Position numbers and translations under genes: made by a program. The notes under the pieces are model-generated. The model was not told the DNA's origin. It did not search any database and saw only the letters and a program-made list of their open reading frames with translations. Below are positions 13,800 to 27,889 of a stretch of 64,000 bases of DNA, piece by piece (the first letter of the stretch is position 1; the number at the start of each line of letters is the position of its first letter). Source of the stretch: the human T2T-CHM13v2.0 reference genome, Homo sapiens; assembly GCF_009914755.1 (NCBI RefSeq), contig NC_060947.1; one strand, written 5' to 3'.

Positions 13800-14175
13800 T
13801 TCTTCTTCTTTGAAATCTTGTCCATTCTCATTGGCCCAAGCAGGTTTTAGGCCTGAGTCACCACTTACCTGGACTGTTGCCAAAGACTCCAGACTTCTCT
13901 TATTCTAGTCTATGCCTCTCTGATTTGTGTTTCTCCTCAGCTTACATACTTTGTATAGTGCTTCATTCCCCTCACCTTAAATTCTGAGTCCTTTTGACTG
14001 TTCTCAAAGGCCCCACATGGTCCCCCTACAGGCCAGTTCCTTCAGGCTCTTCCTATCAGAGTGAAGGAAAAAAACATGCTCTTATATGCCATAGGTCTTT
14101 GCACATTGTTTCTTCTACCTGAAATACCTTCTTCCCTTTCTTCAACTTGTAAACTCCAACTCATTTCTTTAGTGC
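13800..14175 (+). mobile_element. L2 LINE fragment
   Basis: Pyrimidine-rich L2 3' motifs such as CTTTGCACATTGTTTCTTCTACCTGAAAT. Confidence 0.6.
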
Positions 14176-15239
14176 TTTGTTTTATGTAATTATTAACTTA
14201 CATTATGAAACCTTTCAAACATAAACAAAATAGAATAACATAATAAACAAACATATCCCTACCATCTGTTTTAAAAATATTGGTATCTTGCCATATTTAC
14301 CTCAGATGTATATTTCTCCAACTTCTATAGTAAACATTTTCTAACATACAGAAAGTTGAAAGAATGGTACTATAAACACTCATATACCTGGCACTGAGTT
14401 TTGACAATTGCTAATATTTTGCTTATTCATTCTCCTTCTCTCATTTCATTTATTTTATTTATTACTACCTCCTCCAACACCACATACACGTGGAACATTT
14501 AAAACTAAGTTAGGTCATTGCAGGCATCATCACTTCACCCCAAAATATTTCCACATACCTCTCCTAAGAGTAAGGTGTTCTCCTACGTAATGTTCACATC
14601 ATTGCTGCACCTACAAAAATTAACAAGCATTCCCTTACTTCATGTAATACTCTGTCAATATAAATTTTTCCCCAAAGTATCTTTTTATAACTATTTTTTC
14701 TATGCAACATCCATTCAAATTTCACTCATTATGTTTGGTTTTGTTTCTTTAAACTATTTCATTCTAGAACGGTCATACCTACAATTTTTTCTTATGATAC
14801 TGACTTTTTGAAGTCATCAGGACAATTGACTAAGTGGCATAATGCATAATCTGGACTTCTCAGAATCTTTCCCCATGTTTTCATTTAACATTTACTTTAG
14901 AACATATGTCTCCTGATAACTGAACATTTTCCTCTTTCCCATGACTCTTTTACCTAATGGTTTTAGCATACCTTGACGCCTGAATCAATGATATAATTAG
15001 TGATTCTAAGATGATGGTAATTTTCTAATTCTTTCAATTATTCTACATTTATTAGTTGCCATTCAGCTAAAAAGAAGAGCATTTATCACTGATCAACTGG
15101 GAGTGAACTCCAGTTTTTCCTCTAGGGTGATTACTTCATTCTTTTCCTTTAATTAGCAATTTTTAAAGTAAGTCATCTCAATTGATGGCAGATGAGTGGG
15201 GTTTTCCTTCTTTTCTTTCTTTTGAGGATTATTGTGGGC

Positions 15240-15695
15240 TATCTTAGTGTGGGTTTCCCCAGAAACAGACCCAGAGACAGAACTCAAGCGAAGGTAGTTA
15301 TTTAGAAAGTGATTCCAAAGACACTGGTAGAGGAGTAGGGAAATGAGACAGGGAAGAGATGGAAGATAATCAGGGAGTGTTACTTAGTGGCTCACCACTG
15401 CAATTAACTAGAGCTTAATCCTGATGCAGAAAAGAGCCACGTAACACATGTGCCACAGAGCTGTCTCATTTGAGAGGTATTTATTCACCAATTTCTGTCA
15501 GTCATTCTTTGAAGACTGCTCCTAGGAGCATTAATTAGTTGGTATTATCAACTGGCCATGTGGGCAGGCAAAAGGGCTCCAATATCCAGAGAAAGCCCTC
15601 CAGCAAAGAAACACAAGTGCTGGCAGGTACTGGCACTCAGAAGTCTACTGATTAAGGGGTATGAGCAAGGCACCAACAGTTAAGGTCAGCTACAC
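15240..15695 (-). mobile_element. LTR33-like ERVL solo LTR
   Basis: GGGTTTCCCCAGAAACAGACCCAGAGACA..GGAGTAGGGAAATGAGACAGGGAAG. Confidence 0.7.
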
Positions 15696-16701
15696 TGATT
15701 CATGAGTTTTTATTTATTAAGGGTGTTACCATCACTTATTAAAATCTCCCAAATTTGGCCAGTGGGAACCTTTTCAAGCCTACTGGCCTTGGATTCTTTT
15801 GGTACACTTTGATTAGCTTTGGGCACTTTCTAACTTTCTGACACATGATGAACCAGACTCACTTCATACTTCCTCTGTCCCAGACCTGGAATTAACCATT
15901 TCTCCAAGAAATTCTGATTCATATTATGAAGGAAACTAGGATCTGAGAGCTAAAAATACTCACTGTTACTGAGTGTGGGATTGCTTCTTGGCCCTTTGTG
16001 TGACCTAGTTTCACAAGTTCACATTGACATTCTCAATTCAAATTTATACAGAATTCTTTATTTTTAACTTTTCTTTTCTCTTACACTGAATATACTGTTT
16101 CTAGTAACACTATTATTTAAAAATTAGTATACCAATATTACTACTGAGTAAATATTATTATAATTTCTTTGCAATTCTTTTTGTTCTTACCATATCCTAA
16201 TAAGTATATACAGAGTACTGTGCTCTACAATTACCTGAAATAATTTTCTCTGTCTTTCTTTTGTGCTTTCTTTTTAAACATTTTGATACAGTTATGATGA
16301 TTTCTTGTCATTTTAGAGGTTTCTTTTATTTTTGAATATAGTAAAACATTTACACAGTGCATATATCAAAACACATATAAGAAAATACTCAGAAAAATCT
16401 GCCTTTTTAGTTTCCTGGTCTGCCTTTCCTGTGCTTGTTTTTGCATATGTATTTATATTTCCCGTACTTTCTTACCAAGATGGTAGACTAGTGTATATAC
16501 TGTTATGTACTTTGCCTTTTCCTTTTAACAGTATATCCTGGAATTGAGTTTACTTCAATTCATAGAGATCTTCCTCATCACCTTTTAAAGTTGCATAGCA
16601 CTCCATTTTGTGGCAGTAACACAGCTCATACCACTGCTGTTGAATGACATTTGGGTTGCTTCCAAATCTTTGCTTTCTCAAATAAAGTTGTAATGGATAA
16701 T

Positions 16702-16703
<2 letters not shown>

Positions 16704-16738
<35 letters not shown>
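16704..16738. repeat. (TG)n microsatellite, ~17 units
   Basis: Pure TG run. Confidence 0.97.
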
Positions 16739-16741
<3 letters not shown>

Positions 16742-17239
16742 CATTTATAAATGTGCAACTTTAGAGTAGATTCTCTGACATTCATAGCCTCATCAGTAGT
16801 TTGTTGTTATTAATGCACTTGTTTATTCCCATTGTACTCATATTATTTACACTGTTGCACTTTTCCTTCTAAAGCCATTTGCCTCCAAGTTTCCTTTTGT
16901 CTAATTGCTTTGGCTAATACCTCCAATACAATATTAAGAGTAGGGGACATAGTGAGATCCTTGCACTGTTTCTAACTATAATGTGAGTGGCCTGCACTGA
17001 TTCCCTATTAAGTAAGATGCTGGCTTTATTCAATCTTATTTTATCACGACAAAGGACCAATGCCTATTTTATTAAGTGTTTTAAAAGAATGGACTTCGAC
17101 TATTACCAGATGCCTTATTTTTAACATGTATGGATATGTAATTTTAAAGATATATTAATATAAAGCATTACATTAATAGATTTTTTAAAATATTGCAACT
17201 TTCTTACATTCTTGGAATAAACCCTTTTTGTTCATGATA

Positions 17240-18425
17240 TGTGAGGAGTTCTGTGGACCCGCTCCCCAGTTAAACTGCTATAAATTATAAAAAACAAACA
17301 AGCGTTTAAAGTCTCTGGGAACAGCCCTAAGGGCAAAATGAAAATGAAGAAACATTTATTCAAGATGATTTAGTAAATCAGTTACTAAAACTCAAGAAGA
17401 ACTCTAAGAGTCTGTAGTATTTGTACCCTCCCTCCCTTCTCTCCGTTCGGTAACTCAGAAACTCCACTCAATACTGGTATAGCCAAGAATACAGGGCTCC
17501 TTTTTCTCCCAGCTCCCAATTGAGGGCTTACTTACTGGAAGAGGCACAAAATCACCATTTCTCATCCTGCCCTCAGCTGTCTGTTTCTGAATCTAAGCTC
17601 TGGGCAAGTACAGGTGAGAGGGAGGGGCTCCCTTCTTCTGCCCAGCCCTCACGTATGGAATGGAGTCTCTCTACCTTGGGTGTGTTGCCACTGAGAATAC
17701 TAGGGCCCCATTCATCTTTAACCCAGCTCAAGGCACATGAGTTCCATGCTGCAACAGGCAAGCAGAGAAGACCTGGTTTCATCTAGGTTTCTGAACATAA
17801 TTATAACGACTACTTTGTAGTCTTTAATCTGTCAAATCTGACATTTGGTCACTCACAATTTCTGCTGCTTGATGTTTGTTTGTTTGGTCAGTTGGTTGGT
17901 TTGCAGTATACGGGTTTTACCTTCTTGTCTTTTTGCATGTCTTGTAATTTTTTTGTTGAAATCAAAAAATTTAGATAATATATTGTAGCAACTCTGGGAA
18001 GTAGTTACTCCTTTTCAGGGCTCATTATTTGCTTGTTTACTTGTTTAATTACCAGCAAAATTATTTCAGTGAAATCTATTTACCTCTGCAGTGTGAATCC
18101 CCTGATGCTGCTTTTCATGGAGTGCAGACTTAGATGTACCCACAGTCATGCTGGGATGACAATGGTTTTGGCAGGGCTCTCTTACTGTCTCTTTCCCTGA
18201 CCCCATCCAGCAGTTGAGCTTCACTAATTGCTGCCTGATTGCTGTATATTTCAAACAATGACTTAGGATAGAAATTGCTTCCCCATAAATCCAGTGAAAT
18301 CTGGGCTCCTTTGAAAGGATAGTTCCCAAAGATACTATTTGAAATTAGTTATTACTTCAGAAGGGCTCTTCAACTTTGTCTTTCCCTATTTCTCTCTGGA
18401 AAACTAGCCAGCCTACAATTTAGCT
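17240..18425. mobile_element. Old L1M 5'-region fragments (apparently plus 17240-17785, minus 17790-18425)
   Basis: GAGTTCTGTGGACCCGCTCCCCAG..AAGTCTCTGG resembles L1MC/L1M4 5' ends; downstream part reads as antisense L1 5'/ORF1 sequence. Confidence 0.5.
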
Positions 18426-18434
18426 TGTTGTTCC

Positions 18435-18800
18435 ACCTATCAGACTCCTCTTGAGTCTGGGTTGCCTCTGTGACTTTCTTTGATCAACAGGATGCCATGG
18501 AAGTGATATAAGAAATATGAGATCACCGTACTGTGAGCAAGCCCAGGTTATCCATGTGGAGATAGAGAGTTCACATAAAGGAGCATCAAGGCACCACATA
18601 ATTGAGTTAATATTTCTTGGACATTCCAGCCAGCTCAGTCACCAATTAAATGCAGCTGAGTGTATTATCCTAGCCACCACATAAAACAGAAAACATTCCA
18701 GCTGATCCCTGCCTGAATTCTTGACCCACAGAATCATGAGAAATAACAAATTGTTGTTTTCAGACTCAGTGTACCTTGTCAGAAATGGAAAACTGAAATG
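18435..18800 (+). mobile_element. MLT1 (G/H-like) LTR fragment
   Basis: CCCTGCCTGAATTCTTGACCCACAGAATCATGAGAAATAACAAATTGTTGTTTT typical MLT1 3' part. Confidence 0.75.
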
Positions 18801-18964
18801 CCCATACTGTTATAAAGAAAATCCTTGTAACTTTTTCTAAAAGTTCTAAAGTTTTACATTTTGCATTGAAGTCATTATTCAGGTGTATGGAGTCACCTGG
18901 AGCTTAATGAGCTGCATCCAGGTATCACAGACAATGGCCAAGAACAAATCAAGAGAACAGGGCT

Positions 18965-19521
<557 letters not shown>

Positions 19522-19699
19522 TCAGCAGGTCATGAAAGAAAACCAGCTAATATTGATGAAGCTACAGAATTAATGGCTCACTTGTAATACAGTAGTGATG
19601 CATCTAATTCCCCCAAAAGACCAATAAATAAATGTTTTATACAACAAAAGTCTTTCTTCAACCTAGAATGCATTCACATATTATGAGGGTTAGAAATCT

Positions 19700-22600
19700 G
19701 AGGTTGTTTTATTATACCATTTGTTGTATAATCCACATTTTCCCCCACTGATTTGTAAGATCACATCTGTCATAAGCAAGTGGAGCAAATTGTCCAGAAA
19801 TAAACTTATGCGTATATGGAAAGACCATATTTATCTAGCCATATGCTAGTACCATGCAGTATTAACTACTATAATTTTACAATGGTTATAATATTTGATA
19901 TGGCAAACAATGCTGCCCCTGTATCCAGTTATTCATAATTTTTTTACTATTGTCATATGACTCTTGGGATTAGTTTGTCAAGGTTTATGTAAAATCCTGT
20001 TTGGATTTTAATCGAAATTGCGGTGAAATTATTCTCTAGAGATGTCTTGTACATATTTGCTAAGCTTATTTCTAGATACCTAATGACTATTGTTCCTTGT
20101 AAATGGAGTGTTTTTTCAATAGCATTTAAAAATTAGTTAATAATATATAGGAATGCTGTTGATGTTTGTATGTTAATGATATATTGAACAAGCTTGCCAA
20201 ATCTTAAATCCAATTATTTTATTCAAAATTCTCTTTTATTTTCTATGTAAACAGCAATAGATAGAAAGGATAAAGTTTATAAGTAAAAAACAAAAAAAAA
20301 AAGAAATGAGAATAGATACGCTAAAATATGAAATGGTGTTACTTTGTGTTTTAACTTGCGTTTTCTTGCTTATTAATGAAGATGAACGTCTCTTCATTTG
20401 TTTGTTGGTCATTTGGGTTTCTTATTAATTCTTCCTTTCCTGGGAATTCCTATTCCTACTTCCTAGTCTGCCCATTCAGGAATCCTATTCCTGTTCTGAC
20501 CTGAATAGAATTCAACACAGAATTATTTTATTTAAAAAAATCTGTACTGTTATGTAGGATTTTGCATACTTAATATTGCATTTATGTACATTTTCCGCTT
20601 GTAATTATCTCAGAATATGGCTTTATTTGGAGATAGGGGCTTTATTGTTTCTTGAAACAACCTTCTTTTCAGTGTGTTGATCTGCTCTATTTTTTTTGTT
20701 TTCTATTTCACTACATTTCTCTCATATTTATTATTTTTTTCTCTTCATACTTTAGGTTTAATTATATTTTTTCTAACTTCTCCATTGAATGCTTACCTTT
20801 AGTTTGAATCCATTTAATATTTTAAACAATGAATTTAAGCTACTGATTTTCTCTAACTGCCATTTTAGCTGTAGCTCCCAAATTTTGATGTAATTCTTTT
20901 GTTAAAGTTTACTTTCTAAACATTTAAAAATTTCTCTTGTGGTTTCTCTTTAACCTGAAATTCTTAGCCCTTGAGTTTCGAAAGTATACACACTTAAAAG
21001 ATTCTTCAATTATATTTTATTTTTAACCCTGAAAAAAATCCCATCATTTTATTACATATGATCCACAGGTCCAGCTAATAGAATATAATTGGAAATTAAG
21101 TGAATTAGGTTTTGTTTATTAGAATTCTTAGTGGCTGCAGGCAGAATACTTCTATTTGCTTCAGTCTTCCTACTGATTTAACTGGGACAATAATAAAATA
21201 TAACCTTTTTTTCTAGCAATAACCTCAAACAATCAAATCTTTCTGGCAATCAGACTGACTGTCAGTGTGCAAAAGCAATAATATACTGCCCATAACTTTA
21301 CAAGGTAATTATCTGTGTTAGCATCCTAAAATGTTTTAAGCTTTGGTGGGAATTGCGTCTAACTTTGAGGAGAATAATCCCCAAAAGACTCGAGGTAGAG
21401 CCAACCGACTATTTTAGGACGAACTGTGAAGCTATGCAAAGAAATAGAACTACTTTTGATTTTTAAGTTTTTTTTTAATTTAATTGCATTGTGGTCATAA
21501 AATATGATATATAAGATATCAATTCCTCATACTTTTTGAGATTATTTTTGTGACACAGTGTTTGGTCAACTTTTGTAATTGTTTCAAGTGTACTTAAACT
21601 ATGGTCTCTGTTGGGTTCATGCCATTCTCTTTCTGTATATAAATATATGTATGTAAGTATATATATATGTATATATACATATATATATACTTACAAACCG
21701 TTTTTCAAGTCTCAAACCTATGCTCTTACTTTAGTTGCTTGATCTATCAATTTATGATAGAATTATGTTTAATATTCATCTAATACTGGGCTTAACAATT
21801 TTTCCTTGTAACACATCTTGCTTTATGTGTTTTGAGGCTATATTATTTGGTGCACTTAAATTTATGATTTATAATACTGATGGTTATATTTTTTTACACT
21901 GACTCTTTGTTTTAATGTAACATTCCTACTTATCCTTAATAATGCTTTTCACTTAAATCTGTTTTGTTTAATGTTAATGTGACTATACCAGTTTTCTTTT
22001 GTTTAATGTCTTCCTGGTATAGTTTTCCCATCTTTTTATTTTAAAACTTTCTCTATGGTTTTGTTTGAGAAGTCTTTTTTATATGAAGTATATAGATGGA
22101 GGTTTTTTTTAGTATTCACTATCTTTTTGCATAAAAAGGAAGTTAGTACGTGGATTGATACATTTTTCTCTATATTTCTATTCTTTACTTATTTTGACAG
22201 TAGATGCTTTTAATTTTTTTTTACTAGTTATCCTTAACACTTTGACATATATATTTATGTCTTTTTTTAATACTGTACAGAATCATTTCCTAATTTTGGT
22301 CTTTTCCCTAACTTACTAAAGACTTTATCATGCTTTTACTACCCGTAAAATAGCACCCATCTTATTATTGATGGCTAGAGATTTAGTTTTACCATTTGTA
22401 AGAAAAATATTTTTTACGAAAAATAATGAATTATACTTTATGTTTTCTTGTTATTTTTTAACCTACTCTTTCCTCCAGTATTTATTTTTTCTTCCTAAAG
22501 AACATCCTATAATATCTCTTTTAGTAAGGATCTATGAGTGGTAAACCTTCTTAATATTTGTATATCTGAAAATTTTGTTATTCTCTCCATCTACCTTAAC

Positions 22601-23700
22601 TAATAAATAATACTTAATCTGGGTATAAAATTATAGGTTGATAGTTTATTTTTAGCACCACAAAGATATGATCTTACATTGATTTCTAGCATTTATTGCT
22701 GATATGAATTCTGCTGACAGTCTAATTATTATTCTTTAGTAGGCAATCTTCCCTTTTTGCATGATAACTCTTTTATAGCATTTTTTCTTCCATATTTTTA
22801 TTCACCACATTTATTATGTACTTGAGTAAGGATTTATATTTATTTATTCAACATGTTTCTTGGAAAGCACTTTTGATTTTAGGCTTCTTCTCTTCCTTCA
22901 ACTTTAAAGTTATTCTGTTCTCTCTATAGGTCTCAGTACAGCCTCAAACTCACCAAAGATCTCACTGCTTCCCAATCACCAAATCCCTTCCAATAGGTCT
23001 TGGAGCTCATAGCCTATCATCAGTAATGTCCATTATATCCACAGACTCTTCTCTGTATTTCTCTTTTCTATATCTACTTAATCTTGGTTCATTCTGCTTT
23101 GTAATTAAACACTTTGTCTCTGTATATTTTCCAATCTGCTCACTCCTCCCTTCCACTTGGGTCCCAGACCCCCAGTGCAGAATCAGCTCAGTGCTTTCTG
23201 CCCTGGTGATGTTGGTGATGTGGCAAATACATTCTCTATGCTAACTGTCAGCTTGGCCTAGTTCCTACATCTGCCTCTTCTCTCTTTGCTAGCTTGAAGC
23301 TGTCTGTCATTAACTACAGGCACAGCTGTGTTTTTCAGCCTCTTTCTAGGAGTTGGGGAGGTATATCCCAGCCTGTTGCTTCAGTTGATAGGCCAGGCTC
23401 TGTTTCCTCACTTTATATGAGGTGTTTTTAGTCCCTTTACCCTATAGAAGGTAAACTGCCAGTCACCAAAGGCTGCTGTAGTCTCAGAGCCCAGCAAGCC
23501 TACCAGGCCCATGGCCTCAGTACTTCACCATTATGTGTTTCTGTTCCATTTCAGATCTAATATGTATTTGGTTTGCAAGCCTGCTTATGACTATTTTTGG
23601 TTGTTATAGTTTGTCAGTCATGCAATATATTGGAGCAGATGCAATGCCTTACAATATGGGCTTGCTTCCACATTGTGTCGAGAGGTTCACTGTTCATTCT
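19700..23700 (-). mobile_element. Very old L1ME-like fragments with interruptions
   Basis: Long T-rich degenerate antisense L1 ORF2/ORF1 sequence; not continuous. Confidence 0.55.
21635..21695. repeat. (TA)n-rich repeat containing a perfect 44-bp palindrome
   Basis: 21652-21695 TGTAAGTATATATATATGTATATATACATATATATATACTTACA equals its reverse complement. Confidence 0.92.
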
Positions 23701-23997
23701 TAAAATCCCAACTTAGACAATACCTCTTGCAGAATGCCACCGTTGGTCACCCACAGCCCATTCTACCCCCAACCAAAGTTGATAATTTTCTCCTTTTTGT
23801 TTTGTCTGCACATGGTTCATCGCTACACCCATAACACTGTAAGATATGCTGTATTTGGTATTTTCTTCCACTTGTAGTGAATCTCCCCTCCCCACAAATG
23901 ATGGAGTCCTGATATGTTGAGTAATCCTCAAGTTTCAGAATCCAGCTCATTAGAATTTGCTATGTTGATTACAGTATGCTTTCAGCATTTAGATCAC

Positions 23998-24496
23998 TGT
24001 GGCAGACATTGTTGGTGCTAAAATCTTCTCAGATCCCTTTTATCCTTTTTAGATCCCCCTCTTTTGGCCTTGGTATGCTTTAGCTTTGAAAACCTAACAC
24101 CTGACATTCTTCTTTGGAGGCTTGCCCTTGGGCTACTGGAGGCTCTGCCTGCATGTCTGGGAGCTGGGAGTGCTTGCGTGTACAAGTTAGCCCATGGCTG
24201 CCCTCAATCAATGACTAATAAGTATGGGAGTATAAAAGCTCAGCTCACTTACTTTTGGCAGCAGTGACTCTGAGGCATAACTCAGACTATAGAGTTAGTT
24301 TCCTTGCAGGATAAGGCAGAAGCTACCCTCTATAGGATTTTGCTTGTAATTGTACCCTTGCTTGGTTTCTTCCCCTTTCCCAACCTATTTCTTCCACTCC
24401 CTTAGTGTTTTTTCCTGGGAAAAATATCCTTAATAAATTGCTTGCATATGACTTCTGATTTTATGGTCCACTTTTAAGGATCTTGACTTAATATAC
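23998..24496 (+). mobile_element. LTR16-family ERVL solo LTR
   Basis: TGTGGCAGACA start, CAATGACT..GGGAGTATAAAAG TATA region, AATAAA ~24432, LTR16-type end. Confidence 0.8.
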
Positions 24497-25029
24497 CAAC
24501 AGTTAAGAAAGCCCAAGATCTAGAGGTAGAGAGAAGTAAATACTCTCACCACTGATGCACCCAGATGTCTTCACCCCAGAGCATTTCCTCTTGTATGTAT
24601 CTATGGTTTTTCTTCTTTGTTCTTTATCTATCTGTCTTACCTGTTAATTGCTCTGTCCCTCCTTTGAGTGGAGGGTCTATTTGTCTTTTCCTCCCTTTCT
24701 TTTAAAATTTCCTTCCTCTTCTCACTTTGCCTGAGGCTAATGATTACTCCTAGTCCCCAGGAACATATGTCTCAACTATTCCCCTTGTTCATATTAATTG
24801 GAAGCCTCATATACTAACAAACTTGTGGTGCAATTTTGAGCTGAAAGATAGAAGGAACCATGGGGTCCCCTTTTAATATAGGGGTTCTGGGTGTCCCTGG
24901 ATTACTGGGCATTTTAAGACTATGTGTTGTAATATATTTTTGGTATGTTTTCCCCATGTGCTAGACTTGAAGGGCACAGATTAACTTCTTTATTTTTGCA
25001 TCCAAAGCTCCTAGAAAAAGAGCCTAGGG

Positions 25030-25190
25030 AAGTGGTTTTCAAATCATCTGCAGATGGGGAGATGGGGAATTTAGTGTGCTGGGCCCCACCCCAGATACAC
25101 TGAAAGCAGAATCTCTAAGGGATAAGGCCTATAATACTACTTCTTAAATAAAATCACCAGGGAATTCTTACACGGTTTGAAAATTCCTGG
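25030..25190. mobile_element. MER5-like hAT MITE
   Basis: AGTGGTTTTCAAA ... TTTGAAAATTCCTG termini; GGGCCCCACCCCAGA..CAGAATCTCT core. Confidence 0.7.
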
Positions 25191-25668
25191 CCTAAAACTT
25201 AGATCCCTCAAAAAACATTTATTGAATTAAATGGGCCTGCTTACTTAAATGACAAATATAAGAAATAAAGCATATTACAGACATTAGATTACTGCAGATT
25301 TGATAACACTTTTTAAATTATAAAAGAATTCTGGAAGCATTCTATCCCCCTGACTGATGGAAGTTCAAATAGGTAACTTCTAAAACACAAATCAACTTGA
25401 AACAAAATTATGAAAAGAGGCACTAGGCAATTACCTATAGATAGATGCTGCAGCTAAAAGTTTGGGTCAGCAATCATTAGGTAATACTCTTTTCCTCAGA
25501 TAACTAGTCCTTGGTTTTGGTTGTGAAAAAACACCTGTAATGGCAGAAATTAGTTGGACTTTCATATCTGTTGATGTTAGAGAAATTTAGTCGCAGCAGA
25601 TACCAGCTTGAACTCACCAAAATTGATAAGCTATCTCTGACGTTTTTACTGCAGGGTGCAGTGACAGC

Positions 25669-25686
25669 CTGTTTCCATGGAAACAG
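25669..25686. promoter_or_regulatory. RFX X-box-type perfect palindrome
   Basis: CTGTTTCCATGGAAACAG, with core GTTTCCATGGAAAC matching the dimeric RFX X-box; occupancy not demonstrated. Confidence 0.6.
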
Positions 25687-25946
25687 ACACCAGCTTGCTG
25701 AAAACAGAGGAAGGAACTTTAGCATTAATTACTGTTTCAATTTGAATTCAATTGATTTCAGAGTAAATCTAGAGACAACTTGGCAGTATTATTGTGAGAG
25801 TGCTGTAGGCATGCCCCACACTATATTAAAATAGTTTAACAAATATAACAAAGTGTTGTGGCTTATAAGAGAATTAAAGCTCAACTGTTGAAGTAAGCAG
25901 AAGAAAAGTATACACCAAAGTCTCAAAAGTCAGTAGTTTTTAATTC

Positions 25947-26722
25947 CTTTTTTTTTTTTTTTAAATTCAGAGGATACATGTGCAGGTTTGTTATATGGGT
26001 ATATTGTGTGATGCTGAGGTTTGGGCTTCTAATGATCCCGCTGCCAATGTAGTGAAGAGAGTACCTGATAGGTAGTTTTCCAACCGTTGTTACCCTCCCT
26101 TCCTCCTCGCTTTTGGAAGCCCCAGTGTTTATCGGAACCCCCAGTGTTTATTATTTTCATCTTTGTGTCCATGTGTACCCAATATTTAGCTCCTACTTGT
26201 AAATGAGAAGACGTGGTATTTGGTTTTCTGTTTCTGTGTTAATTTGCTTAGGATAATGACCTCCAGCTGTATCCATGTCACTGCAAAGGACATGCTTTCA
26301 TTCTTTTTTATGACTATGTAGTATTTCATGGTGTATATGTACCACACTTTCTTTATGCAATTCACCATTGATGGGCACCTGGGTTGATTCCATGTCTTTG
26401 TTATTGTGAATGGTGTTTTGATAAACATACAAGGGCATGTCTTTTTGGTAGATTGATGGGATGGGATTGCTGGATCCAATGGTAATTCTATTTTTAGTTC
26501 TTTGAGGAATCTTCAAACTGCTTTCCACAGTGGATGAACTAATTTGCATTCCTACCAACAGTGTATAAGTGTTCCCTTTTCTCTGCAACTTCCCCAGCAT
26601 CTGTTATTTTCTGACTTTTTAATAATCACCCATTCTAACTGGTATGTGGTATCTCATTGTGGTTTTGATTTGCACCTCTCTGATGATTAGTGATGTTGGA
26701 CGTTTTTCATAGTTTATTGGCC
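25947..26722 (-). mobile_element. 5'-truncated L1 3' end (L1PB/L1PA16-like)
   Basis: Poly-T, then L1 3'UTR and ORF2 C-terminus (KTWNQPRCPS, WYIYTMKYY); internal ~19-bp tandem duplication at 26115-26151. Confidence 0.9.
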
Positions 26723-27007
26723 AAAAAACTCACTTTTTGAACTGTGTAGATGAAAGATTGACTTGCTTTTAATTAATCTAATTCCCTTCAAAAAAGCCAC
26801 ATCATTATAGGATTGCTCTTGATGTCCCTTCCACCAACACCGAGGAAGAAAATGCAAAAAGAAGTAAATTTTTAAAAAGTCTAATTTTGGAGTACTCTAT
26901 GTTTGGCTCTATGAGGTTTGAGGATGAGAATGCTGGGTTCCTTAAATTATTTATCCTATTGGCCATTGGATTGCTTAGCCTCATTTCCTGGCTTCCTTGG
27001 GGTGCAT

Positions 27008-27029
27008 GTGTGTGTGTGTGTGTGTGTGT
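27008..27029. repeat. (TG)11 microsatellite
   Basis: Pure TG run. Confidence 0.92.
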
Positions 27030-27152
27030 ATACACTAAAATCTTAGGAAGCTTTTGTCAATTTTGGTGCACTCAAGCTTGGACTGGTTAGGACTGAATTT
27101 CTCTCCAACACCGACAGATATGAGAGTCTGACTAATTTTTAGAATAGTTTCA

Positions 27153-27282
27153 GTATATATTTATATGTATATGTACACACACATATATATACACATGCAG
27201 TATATACACATAGACATACACATATATATACACACACACACATATATATACATACATATATACACACACACACACACACACA
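27153..27282. repeat. Compound (TA)/(CA) microsatellite
   Basis: Alternating CA and TA tracts. Confidence 0.9.
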
Positions 27283-27517
27283 TTCAAGAGTTTCTATTTT
27301 GAAAGTCCTTGGAAGGAGTTATACAGTAGAACATTATTTGCCCTGGAAAGTAATAGGTTGGGTTTAGTAGTTAGTTAGAAGTTGGCACAGAACTAGAAGT
27401 GAATACAACAAATAATTGGTGAGAAGTCAGGATGAGGAGTCCAAAGGACAGAAAAACACCAACAAATCTTGACAAAAGTGAATTTTGTCTATTGAACTAT
27501 TTCATTGAGACTGTAAA

Positions 27518-27688
27518 ATTATATATAATGTATATATAATATTTAAATGTAAATATATAATTAGTATATATTATTAATATATAAATATTTATTAAGGTAT
27601 AATAAATGTGTATTACATATTAAATATATACTATGTATTTATATATAAATATGTAATATATAATATATATTTAAGTATATTATTTAAA
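27518..27688. repeat. AT-rich low-complexity tract
   Basis: ~170 bp almost entirely A/T. Confidence 0.85.
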
Positions 27689-27889
27689 ACCCTAGATAAG
27701 CAAGATGGAGAGCATAATGACTATCAAGAAGGGCTTCAAGAAAGTCACATTTCTCTCTAGAGAAGTGTGTGCATTTCTTGGTCACAGTTTTAAAGCAGAA
27801 GATCTTAACAAAGTCAAAAGCCAAATGTTGCAAGATAGTATTTAAGAATGGGGATTCTAGAGTAGGATATAACCAAAAGTAGAAGGAAG

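Larger units (their letters stand above)
14180..17240 (-). mobile_element. Highly diverged L1M (MC/ME-like) 3' region, fragmented
   Basis: T-rich degenerate L1 antisense sequence (GACATTTGGGTTGCTTCCAA, GCTAATACCTCCAATACAATATTAA). Confidence 0.6.
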
